Source of the DNA: the human T2T-CHM13v2.0 reference genome, Homo sapiens
Assembly (NCBI RefSeq): GCF_009914755.1
Contig: NC_060942.1
Length of the DNA stretch: 64,000 nt
Direction: 5' to 3' (one strand)
Shown here: positions 11,797 through 23,625 of the stretch, one piece after another
Numbering within the stretch: position 1 is the first letter of the stretch
Layout of the letters: each line of letters opens with the position of its first letter
Translations under genes and position numbers: made by a program
Notes under the pieces: generated by a model
The model's database searches: none
Told to the model about the DNA's origin: nothing
Seen by the model: only the letters and a program-made list of their open reading frames with translations

Positions 11797-13739
11797 AAAA
11801 CATTTTTATTTTGTTTTAAATTTAGGGAAACTCAAGAAGATATTTAGGGGGTAATTGCTCATCCAGCAGACGCCCTATTCAACCATCTCTGAAGAATGCT
11901 GTGTGGCAGTGACCGTCCCCTCAGAAGGTGGTGATCGGTTCCCCAGCAGAGCACATTTGGAGAAGGTTGGAGGCTGGAAAGCGCCCTTGCCCTCCGCACT
12001 GCACCATGGTGAGTTCTATTTTTCACCTGTGGACCCCGTGGAATCTGCCCCTGCTTTATTTCTACTAGTGGTTTGCACGGTCAGCTAGCTCAATTCTGGT
12101 GCATTTCAGTATTTCCATTGCAATTAGCGTTGCTGCTTTCCCTGTGCAAAGGTGGGAGAGTGACAGGGAGCTCAAACTCCTCCAGGAGAACAGCCGGCCA
12201 GTAGAAAGTGATTGAATGATCTCATTTCAGGCTTTTTGTTAGACAACAGGCAGCACTCTATGAAGACTGATACAGAAGTGCTGGGCTTGGCTGGCTGGAT
12301 CATCAAATGGATTGATATTAAACTCCAGCAGCAGATGAAGACAAAGTTAACTGTTATCATACTCAATACAGGGGCTTGTCAGGGGTGGAAAATCACCCCG
12401 TGTCACTGATTATGGGAGCGTTTCATGACTGTCATGCGAATTTAGTGGCCAGATGTCCTGGCCAGGCTGCTGGGCCAAAAACTCTTTATTTGTAAGAGAA
12501 GTAAAGAACGCCTGCAAGTTCAGCCCGTGGAGTCCCAAATCAAGGCGGCTCTGGCACTCCTGAGACCCCAGATAAAAGCGCAGAATGCCAGGTGACTGAT
12601 TCGCAGAAAACAGAAAGGTATAAAAACGTCTGCATCTCGGCTCCTAGAAGATGTCCAACTGGATTCCACTGGCAAAGATTTCTGTGTGTTCCCATCTCTG
12701 ATGCACGTTTCAGGGATAAGAAAGATGCCATGCAGTGAGCTTGATAATTTTGGGGGCAGTAGGAATAACACTGACCACTTATTATATGTATCTTGCTCAC
12801 TCCTCTCATCGGTGCACACACATACCCCAACAGCAGAGAGGATGTTGTTTCTAGGCTGTGATGGGGAATGGAGACCAGCAGAGACTAAAGAGGCTTGACC
12901 TGAGTCACACTCTGTGCCTATGATACCAGCAGGGCTTGAGGGGGGGTTCCCACATCACAAGTGTCATCCCTGCTCCCCTGCTCACACCCATCCTACCCTC
13001 CGTGCCCTGCTGCGAGGAGAGCAGGCAGGGCATGAGGCATGTCACCGCACGAAATCACAGGACGGGATGGTTCTGGACAATGCAGACGTGATGTGCCATC
13101 TGTGTCTCCTAGATGCTATCAAACCACAATGGCAAGTGTATGCACACGGCTTCCCTTTCCAAGTACGTCTGGGTAAGGGAAAGCAGCCCCTTGCTGGGAA
13201 TCACTGGGATCAAGTCCCATCAGGCCCAGCATTCTTTGCTGTGTCCCCAACACACGAAACAGACCTGGGCATGTGGTGGAGGTCCACACTTACTGAGTAG
13301 ATCGTTACTTCCCAACGACAAAATCTAGAAGGTGGCTGGGGGTCAGTGAGGAGAAGCAAGACAGGAACCCAGTTCATGGAGAGCCTCAGACACCAGAGAG
13401 GGCCCAGGTGTTACTCCAGGTTCGGAGGAAGCTGATGGAACATTTCCAGTGGGAGAGCTTTATTATCTGATTTATTTAAAAATAAAAACATCGCGGTGGA
13501 ACGTGACGCAGCCGCGGTGGAACGTGATACTGCGGGAACGCAGATCACAGGGACCAAAAGCAAAGCAGAGGCAGCTGCGAGCAGGGGCGGCTGAGCCGAC
13601 CTGGGGCAAGGGGGGAGAGGGGGCACAGGGAGGGCGGCTGTGCTTGAACCTGGGGTTTGAAGTGGAACCAGCTGGGCCTGAGAGGGCTGGAACCTGGGAC
13701 CAGGAATGAGAGGAAGTCCTGCACTGAGCAGCAGCAGGG

Positions 13740-13990
13740 ATGAGGATGTTGGTGGCCACTGTGGACAGTATCAGGGTAGGACGAGGGATGTGTGTGGGTC
13801 TAGGATCAGAAGTCGAGAGTTCTAGTTTAATCGGACTCAACCTGAGATGCCTGTGAAGCTTTCAGGTGAACTTCAGCTCAGAAAGTGGTAGCTGGCTGTG
13901 TACGTGTGGGAGTTCAGTCCCAACTGGGTGCCGTTAAAGCTGGGTGGAGACGTGCAGGGAGAGACGTGAAGGTGGCTCAGATCCACCAGA
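13740..13990 (-). mobile_element. L2 fragment
   Basis: gagttctagtttaatcggactcaacctgagatgcctgtgaagc...gtagctggctgtgtacgtgtgggagttcag resembles the antisense L2 3' region; highly diverged. Confidence 0.45.
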
Positions 13991-16900
13991 AAGAAAACCA
14001 AGGTGAGAGGCTGGAGGGCATTTTGTCACTCTCCGGACTCTGCTGCCCTACACTAAAACCCCGTGAAGGGGAAGAAGGGATAGAGCGGAAGAGGACCTTG
14101 CAGTGGGTCCTGCTGACCCTCTTACGCAGACCTCCTCTCCGACTGCATGTGTCTGTTGTATCTCTGAAGAACCCTGAAAGCCCCTCTCTTTCCTTTAATC
14201 ATAAAACTCTTCTTGAGAAAGCAGCGCACCCTCGCTGTCTCCACATGTCAATCATCTGTCACCGCTTGGCATTCCGTCCTCTCCCTACCCGATCCCACCC
14301 GTGGCTCTCTGTAGTGGCCCCAGTATGCTGCCTTTTGTTCTGATGACATTTAAAATAGCAGCAGGAACCTGCTGGGAGACAGCAACTTTCGTGAAAGGAA
14401 GGTTGACCATGGAGGAAAATAAAACCAAACTGTTTTTGAGTCCTGGATCTGCAGTTCTCTAGTTTCTTGATCATGCACATTTTATTTTCTTTGTCTGCAT
14501 AAGTAAACATGATTTTCTTCACCTGTCAGAGAATTCTTCCAGTTCTTCTCTCACACACAGAGCAGGATATATGGAGAATGCTGGCAACCTCAGTTTTTCT
14601 GGGCCCTTTCTCTTTCCGGATACATAAGAGCATTTGTCTCCCCTGCCCTGAGAGTGACGATGGTCCTGGAACTTGACTCGGCCACTGAAACGTGGGCAGA
14701 AGTGATGTATGCTGTTTGCAGGAAGACGCACTTACACATCAATGCAGGTCCTGCACGGCACTGGCCCTTTAGGAAAGGACAGCACAGGCTGAGATGGGGG
14801 TCCCAGATCAAAGAAGCCTGGATCTGAGCCCCCCACAGAGGGCGGCTGACCTGGAAAATCACCTTGATCTGCAATGGATTTTGCATGAGTAAAAAATAAA
14901 CTTTGGTTGCTAAGCAAATGTGATTTAGGCAATTGTTTAAATTGTGGAATGACCCAGCTTATCCTAGAAATTCGTGGGATTAAAGGAGGTAGGGTAATGG
15001 AGAGTACTTAATAAATTATGAACTTCTGCCATATAACATGCTTGTTAGCTATCACAGCAGTAAGTCTTTAAATGTAAGTACCTGGTTAATGGGTGGAAAT
15101 AGCTGCCTAAATTCACTCAATGTTGTCAGCATAGAGGAAGGGACTATCATTTTATTTTTGTGGTTAGCTTTTCATTTATCTTTTCTTTCAACCCAGACTA
15201 GCCTGGTTAACACAGGGATTCCTGAAGAAGAGAGGGCAGAAGGCCATTTGCCTGTTTGTTCACCACGTCCCCAGACGTGCATTCATTCAGGTTATGCAGT
15301 TTTCTCACCAGGATAGTGGGAAGGGATGCTGTGTTCTGATGGCAACACTCGGCAAAGGTGGGGACTGCAGGCCTCACTGCAGGGTGCTGCTCCCCTCTGG
15401 ATGTCCCTCAACCTGCTGAGGTGTCCACACCCCACACAGGAGCTCTGCTATGACCACCTAGCACGAACCCCATCCTTCTTGGGCACTGAGCCCCTGCCCA
15501 GCCACCATGGCCCCCAGGCCCCGCCCCACCCAACTTGGCTCCATCTAGTGGATTTTGGAGTGAGAAGCTCAGGAAGGGAAGGGAACCAGAGGAGAGGGAA
15601 TGACCAGGAGAGAAAGAAGCTGTAGAGGAAATGTTTTTGTCAGATTTTTATCAGCTCAGTTCTATAGCACGTTATTTTAAGTTGATCAGAAGATGGAAAT
15701 GTATGTAAATATATATATGTATACAGACACACACAACATACACATGCACTTATATAATATTACACTACATATTTATATGCTCTTTTTAATACAAATGGAC
15801 AATTATTTAGCATGTGCTATTTGTAGACAAATTCTATGGAAGTGTGGTTTCTGAAGGAGCATTATTAATACTGAGACAGAACACAGCATGAAGTCTATTA
15901 TGGTCTCTGATTCTGTTGGCTTCTCTCTGGACCTTGACTCCAGTGGTCTTATTGACAATGCAAGATTTTTTTGTATTTGAAGTATGGCTTCTACGTCTAT
16001 ATTCAGATGTTAAGATTCCTTTTAAAAATCAAATCCAAGACACACTAATTAGTGATGATATGTTTGAACTGGAAAGAGAATGTACTTGAAAAAATAACCG
16101 TGATAGCTCTAAACAAATGTCATGGGACAAATGAGTACCTACAGAATGTCCCGAAGCACCCTGTGGTCACCATGTTACACACAGACTCCTACACTTGGCC
16201 ACTTTAAGACAGTTACTGATCTTTCATATTGCTGTTATTTTGGGTGTTTTAAATTAATAATTGGGCTCACCCTGGCAGCCACTGTTTACCTGACAGGGAA
16301 CTGAGAGGAACCACTTCTCCTGGCGACACCCCTGCCAAAGGAAGCCCATTCACCACTGGGGCTTGGGTAGCCCAAGAGAGGATCTGCTTGATTCTAGGGG
16401 GAGAAAAACCACTTCCATCATTTGACAATAAACACACAACCAAGCAAAATGCGTTCAGCTCTGCAGAATGCTGGCAGTTTGATAAAGAGGACAAAGTGTA
16501 TACTTTGTTCACAATCAGTTATCTCTGACAAACTGAAATCCAAATACTAGAAGACAATTATAACTTTTTTCCAAAGCGAATATAAACTTGTAGCCACCAG
16601 TTACCATACATAATGGGACTAAGCTCCCTGAACTGGCATTTCAGCAAAAAGTACAATGTACTTTTAAAGTCAAAATGGCACAATTATTATAAAATACACT
16701 TTTGACATGGAAGGAAAATGAAAAACAGATTCCTAAATAATTATCAAATTATTTTCTGACTCTGGCACATTTTTGACAAAGAAGTGTCTGCACAGCTGGT
16801 AGGGAGGTGCTGGCCTTTTCCCTGTGCTTGGTGTAAACGTGGCTGTCAACATTTTCATTTAACATTTTTAATGTGATTTTAAACTTAAAAGGACACATTC

Positions 16901-19876
16901 CTTTGGACTTAAAATGTGATTTTACTTCATAAAATATTTCTTAAAATATGACCACTTTTAAAAAATGGAAAAGTTCCCCACGTCCCTTTAATTTTTAGCA
17001 GTGTTTCCATTACACAATTTATTCTTTTCGTAGAAATTCAGTTGTGCGCATTCATCAATCTTTGCCAAAATACTGCTTTTGTCCTGTGTCATTGCAATGT
17101 TCTTCTGACCCGAAAGTATAGCTTTAGGAATACAAAAAAGTCCCGCGCGGTGACAAAAATACTGATCAGCCCTGCTTCCAATATCTTCTAAAATTAGGTT
17201 TGTGTTCATACAGCCCACACTATGCCATAAATATTTACAAACGGATTTGGTCATGAGAACCAATGAGGTCTGTTCTTGAGGCAACACAGGTTGGCCTCAT
17301 TTTAAAGCGAGGTGGCATTTCTCTGTGGCTCCACAGCACAGGGAGCCCTGCCTGGGGCCCTGCTCATGACCTGACCTCTGTGCCTTCCTGGCAGTGATGA
17401 GATTCGCCAGAGAAGACCTCCGTGCTTCACCTCCATCCTGCCCAACACAGAGGTCGCCTCTCAGGAGCCACATAGACTCAAGCAAACGTTCCCGCCCTGC
17501 GAGGTGCTGACGCTGACACAGAAAAGTTCCCCTGGGGGTCAGGAGGCAGGAGGTTCGGGAAAGGGGAGGCAGCGGCGCTGCACGGGGCCCGCAGGTGGCT
17601 TCCCATCTGTCAAGGCTGCTGCCGCGTTTTGGATGAACACAGGCGTGGAGGGAAAAGCAGAATGCAGGGAGCACCCCAGGGTCTCGGGGCTCATTCACCC
17701 CGACGAGGGAGAAGCCCCCACCCAGAAACAGCCGCCGCCCCGCTCAGCTTCACGCCGTCTTTCCTTAGGAAGGCTTCTGTCTCGGGGGTCCCCTGAGACC
17801 CCACATTTCATCAATTGTTTAAACTTGGCACAGAACCCAATACAATATTTGTAAATGAATAGTGCTGAGAGGAATAAAAATAGCGCCTCATATCCCTGCG
17901 GGAGAAACAGCATCCTGTGAGGGGGTCAGGAGGCCCTGGGCAGCATGGTCCCTGCGATTTCCTCCCAGCTCCACACCCTCTCCTGGTTCCTACTCCACCT
18001 TGTTCTGCACAGCTGACCGCACGTTCATTCACTAGGAATTCAAATCAGGGCATAGAAGCAACACGATGTCCATGATGCATGCTGGCTGTTAGTAATTTTC
18101 AAAGTAGAAAATATGAAGTTAAAATAAAGATGGAAAGTAACACTTACTGTAAAGCTCCCGTGTGCCAAGGCCCTCCCTGAATAGCAACAGGAGAGCGTGG
18201 TGCTGATTCAGACACTAGGTGAAGGTCACCTGGCTGGTGGTGATGTGTCACAGAAGCACTAGGAAGTGGCAATCAGGTGAACAGCAGGTGATTAGATTTC
18301 CTTGGAAGATGCTCGGTTGTTTTAGTCTGCATCATTTTAAGACATGAAAGTGCCCATTTCGCAGAAGTAGAACAGACGACAACGTGTTGCCTTCGTCTCC
18401 AATACCTGTTTCCATTCCATGTCGTTCTTGCAGAGATTTCACAATGATGAGAACGTCATGAATAGAAACCACACGGTCTCTTCTGCTCGTGGGCTCCTTT
18501 CCTTAAATGACGTGGACATAAAACCTCTCTGGGCTCCAGGGCAGGAGGAAGAGAGGATGTGGCAATGTTTATACTTCCACTGGCTCACCTGTTGACTGAC
18601 AGTCCTCTGACCTCCCCTGTGGTGCTGCTGTTGGTGAAATCCAGCACCAAGTGAGGACCCTGGAGAATACGTGTGTTCGCGGCGTTCCCGCTAAAACCAG
18701 AAAAAAAAAAAAAAGGAGATGAAGAAGATGGAGCCTGGGGCAAGGGAGCTTGCTTGGAGAATATTTTCCATGGAAGCCAAGGGAGCATCCCTCTCCCTTT
18801 TGGAGGCACGTCGAGGCCAATTGACTTGACGATGATTTGCTGTTTGGCGATGGCTCCCTCACTCCCGAGCGTGAGTGATGGCTGGGGACAGCTGTCAGAG
18901 AGCAGCAGCTCGCCCGCCCAGGCCCTTAAAGTAAAAATGAAAAAAAGGAACTGTTTTTAAAATAATGGAGCTCCCTGGGAAAAATATGCTTCATGATCTG
19001 CTTTGTGGGAAGTATTTATTTCTCTCTGTTTGTGAAAGGGGTTTATCAAGCCCAGTGCATTTCTCCACACTAAAACAATAACCTCAAAACCTATACAGAG
19101 AAAAAACCTCTGCTGAAATATAGGCACTATGTATATATCACATGTACAGAGGGAGAAAAAGGATGTGAGAGTCTATCTGTCAACCCTTCCCCAGGTCCAT
19201 CTCTCTACTTCTGTCTGTGTCCATGTGAAGCTGAAACCGACGACAGGTGTGAGTGTCCACAGGCTTTGCAGACCTAAGCCTTAAACAGACCCTCTCCCCT
19301 GGGCCTGACTCTAACGTCCACAGAGGCCACTATGAACAGAGCTGGCGTGCTGTCCTGCTCCCCCATCTTTTTGCAAGGATGCAGGAGGAAAGCCACGGGC
19401 AGGAGGGCTGGAGAGGCCTGGAGGCCGGAGCCCAGCTTCACTCACTTGGGGAGCTCCAGGAAACTTTTCCTGTGATGGGTGTGACTGAGGGAAGGGATCT
19501 GTGTTTGCTAATTGCCTGTTAGACCAGGCGTGGAGAAGGGTTGCTGCTTTCTCTTCTAAACATGAAGCATCTGAGGTTCATAGAGGTTAGGGATGCCTGA
19601 GGTCATCCGATACTCTCTAGAACTTGGGGAACAGATGAGCAGCTGCAGTGTGCAGGACACCAGGTGTGGGACGGAACGTGGGTGCTCACAGGCCACCCCC
19701 AGGAGGCTGGGGCACGGGTGTGGAGCAAGGCAGGTTGGGGAGTGAATCTCAGCTCCAGCTTTCCCTTCCTGAGGGATGTCAGGAGCATCAATTTCCAACT
19801 GTGCACCTCACAGGACTGTATTAAATGATAGAAAGTCAAAAATAGAATGTGGGAAAATGTGTGGCCTACATCAAAC

Positions 19877-20633
19877 ACTGAGCACGTGCATTGCACTTCA
19901 CACATGTGTGTACACACGTGACTCTGCAGGTGCTCTGCGTGTCCCAAAATTGTGTACACACGTGACTCTGCAGGTGCTCTGCGTGTCCCACACTTGTGTA
20001 CACACGTGACTCTGCAGGTGCTCTGCATTTGTGTCACACTCGTGCATACAGGTGAATGTGTGGGTGCTCTGAGTGTCCCACACTTGTGTACCTGCCTGAC
20101 TCTGCAGGTGCTCTGCCTGTCCCACACTTGTGTACCTGCGTGACTCTGCAGCTGCTCTGCGTGTCCCACACTTGTGTACCTGCCTGACTCTGCAGGTGCT
20201 CTGCGTGTCCCACACTTGTATACCTGCCTGACTCTGCAGGTGCTCTACGTGTCCCACACTTGTGTACCTGCGTGACTCTGCAGGTGCTCTGCCTGTCCCA
20301 CACTTGTGTACCTGCCTGACTCTGCAGGTGCTCTGCCTGTCCCACACTTGTGTACCTGGGTGACTCTGCAGCTGCTCTGCTTGTCCCACACTTGTGTACC
20401 TGCGTGACTCTGCAGCTGCTCTGCATGTCCCACACTTGTGTACCTGCCTGACTCTGCAGCTGCTCTGCGTGTCCCACACTTGTGTACCTGCCTGACTCTG
20501 CAGCTGCTCTGCGTGTCCCACACTTGTCCACACGGGTGACTCTGCAGGTGCTCTGCATGTCCCACACTTGTCCACATGGGTGAACGTGCAGGTCCTCTGC
20601 ATGTCCCAAGCTTGTGCACCACACACCTGTGCA
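19877..20633 (+). repeat. Minisatellite (VNTR), 44-bp unit, ~16 copies
   Basis: Unit gtgactctgcaggtgctctgcgtgtcccacacttgtgtacacac with variants (cagctg/caggtg; ctgc/acac ends). Explains the periodic ORFs at 19603-20736. Confidence 0.97.
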
Positions 20634-20957
20634 CATTTAATCTCATCAAGAGCTGGACTCCTCCCACGTAGTAAAATCCCTCTTTGAAGACACAGAGAGC
20701 TCTGAACACGTCAGTCTTCTTAGTAGCAAACCTCACACTCTGAACTGTTCAGGTGGAAAAGTAATTTTGTGAAAGGATATACAGTAGCAAGATTCAGAAA
20801 CGCACCAGAGGTCACAGGGCTGCGGCAGAGCTCACTGCAGCGCTCCCGGGCCTGCTCCTCCACAGGCAGGTCCTGAATCCACGAGGCCACCACGCTGGTT
20901 GGGAGGCAGACCCAGCAGTGCTGCTCAGGATGGAACCCGAGGGCGTCCAGTCCAGGA

Positions 20958-21270
20958 CAAAGGTGGGCAGCTCTCACTGCAAAGATCCAGGCAGTAAGAT
21001 TCCAGGCTCTGCAGCTGCAGGGCCTCAGCCACTGCTGCCTGACTCCACCCCAGAGCAGAGCCAAAGCAGCCACAGCTGGAGTCGCTACGTACCAAGAAAA
21101 CCTTTTTGACGGGCACCGACATTTGGATTCTGTGTAATTGTCATATGCCATGAAATAGCCTTTTGCTTAACTCTAACCATTTTAAAATTGTAAACATCAT
21201 TCTCACCTTGTGATTCATGCAAACACAGGGCTTGGCTGGATTTGGCTCATGGGTTACCAGCCTGGTCCTG
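20958..21270 (+). mobile_element. MER58B DNA transposon
   Basis: atttggattctgtgtaattgtcatatgccatgaaatag...aaccattttaaaattgtaaacatcattctc...ggctggatttggctcatggg matches the MER58B-specific segment. Confidence 0.7.
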
Positions 21271-21497
21271 GCTGCAAGGACGGTTAAGGAAGGGTTTTAT
21301 CCAGAATTAACTTTAGAGCAGCACAAGGACCAAAATGTCCAGATACTGGAGTCACACTCAGAAACGCTGTGGAAATAAAACACGGGTGCTTGCCTTATTA
21401 GCAGAGAAGCCAACTCTTATTTAATCCAACCTATGCCAAACTCCTTTTATGATTTTGTGGAAAAGGCCATGGAACCTATGGCACTTTTACAAGAGAG

Positions 21498-21578
21498 GTG
21501 TGTGTGTGTGTGTGTGTGTACATGTGTGTATGTGTGTATGTATGTGTGTGCATGTGTGTGTATATGTATGTGTGTGTG
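21498..21578 (+). repeat. (TG)n/(TATG)n compound microsatellite
   Basis: Direct reading. Confidence 0.95.
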
Positions 21579-22059
21579 CCTGAGCGAGAGAACGCACTTA
21601 AACCTGGGACACGGCAGGAGCCGGATACAGGACAGCTCTCCCATATTCAGAGACAATTTTAGCTGGGGTTTTCTTCCTTTGCTCCACCCGTCTTGCAGTG
21701 GGAGAGAAGGAGCAGGCTGTGAAAACTCAAGCTTTTCTTGTCAAATCCCTGGTTTTACAGGCGGGGAGATGAGAGAAGAATCACCCTTTCCACCATGCAC
21801 AGATATTACAACATGGGTTCCACATGATTGGGGAATGAATGGAAATGTCGTGACTTGGTGAGATCGCCAAGAAGTGATCTAGGTAAATAATTACCTCCAG
21901 CGGTGAGAGTTCCTCCGTGCCTGGGCTACCCGCTGTCTTGGGAGGACATATTCCACTATAGAAACATGGTGGAAGTCACACTCTGCACTGCGCGTTTATA
22001 TGTGATACGGGCATGATTTATGGAACATTAATTTTTGCCAGGCCCTCTGTTAACCTCTT

Positions 22060-22210
22060 AGCCCTTATTACTGCATACCATTTCCTATGTAACCCCAGGA
22101 TTAAATATATGTGTCTCCAAACTAGGGCTTAGGTGGGTTTGGTGACTTGCCAACAGTTACACGGCTGGTAGCAGGCCTGGGAGCCAAAGTCAATTCTACC
22201 CTCTGTTGAA
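22060..22210 (-). mobile_element. MIR fragment
   Basis: agggcttaggtgggtttggtgacttgccaacagttacacggctggtagcagg. Confidence 0.5.
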
Positions 22211-22439
22211 ACTCACTGATTCCAACAGCATTGATTTTCTATTTTCTGTCTGAGGATGACAGGATTTTTCCCATCCAGCATCTTTAGCCTCATTGGTAAA
22301 CTTTTAAATTGTGTCATTGGCACTTTTGCTTCAAGTTGATAGAGCAAACAGTCATTTATCTCTTCTGCTTCCCAAAGCCCCTATTAAAATAGTAGGAAAA
22401 AAAATGAAGGAGCCTTTACCAGCAAGCATGAAGAGGCCA

Positions 22440-22849
22440 TACATTAGTCTGTTTTCATCCTGCTGATAAAGACATAGCCAAGACGGGGCAATTTTCAAAA
22501 TAAAGAAGTTTAATTGGACAGTTCCACAGGGCTGGTAAGGCCTCACAATCATGGCAGAAGGCAAGGAGGAGCAAGTCCCATCTTACATGGATGGCAGCAG
22601 GCAGAGAAAGAGAGAGAGAGAGAGACAGAGAGATTGTGCAGGAGATCTCCTCTTTGTAAAACCAACAGATCTCATGAGGCTTTTCCACCATCACCAGAAC
22701 AGCACAGGAAAGACCCATCATTATGATTTAATTACCACCCCAGATCCCCTCCCACAAAACATGGGAATTTAATTACCACCCCAGATCCCTCCCACAAAAC
22801 ATGGGCATTCAAGATGAGATTTGGGTAGGGACACAGCCAGACCCTATTA
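22440..22849 (-). mobile_element. THE1B MaLR solo LTR with internal 41-bp tandem duplication
   Basis: gagcaagtcccatcttacatggatggcagcagg; ends gatgagatttgggtagggacacagccagaccctatta. Perfect 5-bp TSD ggcca (22435-22439 / 22850-22854). Duplication at 22726-22806. Confidence 0.93.
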
Positions 22850-23089
22850 GGCCAGGAGAGCAAAGAGTTGAAAAGAGTTTCCAAGCTATTCCAGGAGGAC
22901 AGGGTGTAGACAGCAGAAGCGGACGGTCAAGGCAGGACAGTGGGAAGTGCAGCCAAGGGGGTGTGAGAAGGGGCTGAGCCAGCAGTGTGTGGGACCGCTC
23001 CAGACCCCAGAGGGAGTTCTGGACTCCAAAAGTCGAGGAGATGGAGCATCTGCAGGTAGAACTGATTTCTGGAATCCACCTCCCGTTCT

Positions 23090-23625
23090 CAGGCCAGGGT
23101 TTCAGGTATTGATTGCTGCCTTAACAAATGGAAGGTGATAGCTCGGCTGGTCTCTATGCCCCAGGTCCCACAGGGCTCCAGTCCAGGTGTCTGCCCGGCT
23201 GGGCTCCTACCTGGAGGCCCCGGGGAAGAATCGGCTTCCCAGATCATTCGGGGTATCGGCAGATCCTGTCCGGTGCAGTGTAGGGTGGAGGCTCCCGTCT
23301 CCCCACTGCTGTCGGCTAAGGGTGTCCTCACCTGCACTCCTTCGCCCGGTGTCCCTTCACAGTGAAGGCCGCCGCAGCAGGCTGAGTCCTTCTCCAGCTG
23401 GAATCTCTCCCCACTCCCCTGCCTCCTCTTCCTCCTCTGCTTCCCTCTGCCACTTCTAGAGGCTCCGGGGAGCACACGGGGAACACTTGGGTCATTGAGG
23501 AAAATCTCTCCATCTCAAAGTCAACAACCTCAGGCCCCCCGTGAAGTCCCTAAACCACGCCTTGTGACACATTCGCAGGTTCTGGGATTAGGGACTCAGG
23601 GCACCCACTGGGCAGCTGGACATTT
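23090..23625 (-). mobile_element. MLT1D/E-type MaLR LTR
   Basis: ctggaggccccggggaagaatcggcttcccagatcattcgggg; aatctctccatctcaaagtc; cacattcgcaggttctgggattaggg. Confidence 0.75.

Noticed and set aside
19877-20633. CRISPR-like periodicity in this and the other arrays
   Set aside because: Head-to-tail units without unique spacers, no cas genes, primate context.
19603-20736. Periodic 163-242 aa ORFs with His/Cys repeats resembling zinc fingers
   Set aside because: Products of the 44-bp VNTR. The same peptides recur in all three frames and there is no C2H2 spacing or TGEKP linker.
22518-22546. PRDM9 hotspot motif in the THE1 LTRs
   Set aside because: The site reads CCTTACCAGCCCT here and CCTCCCCAGCCAT in the first THE1; neither matches the hot CCTCCCTAGCCAC form.
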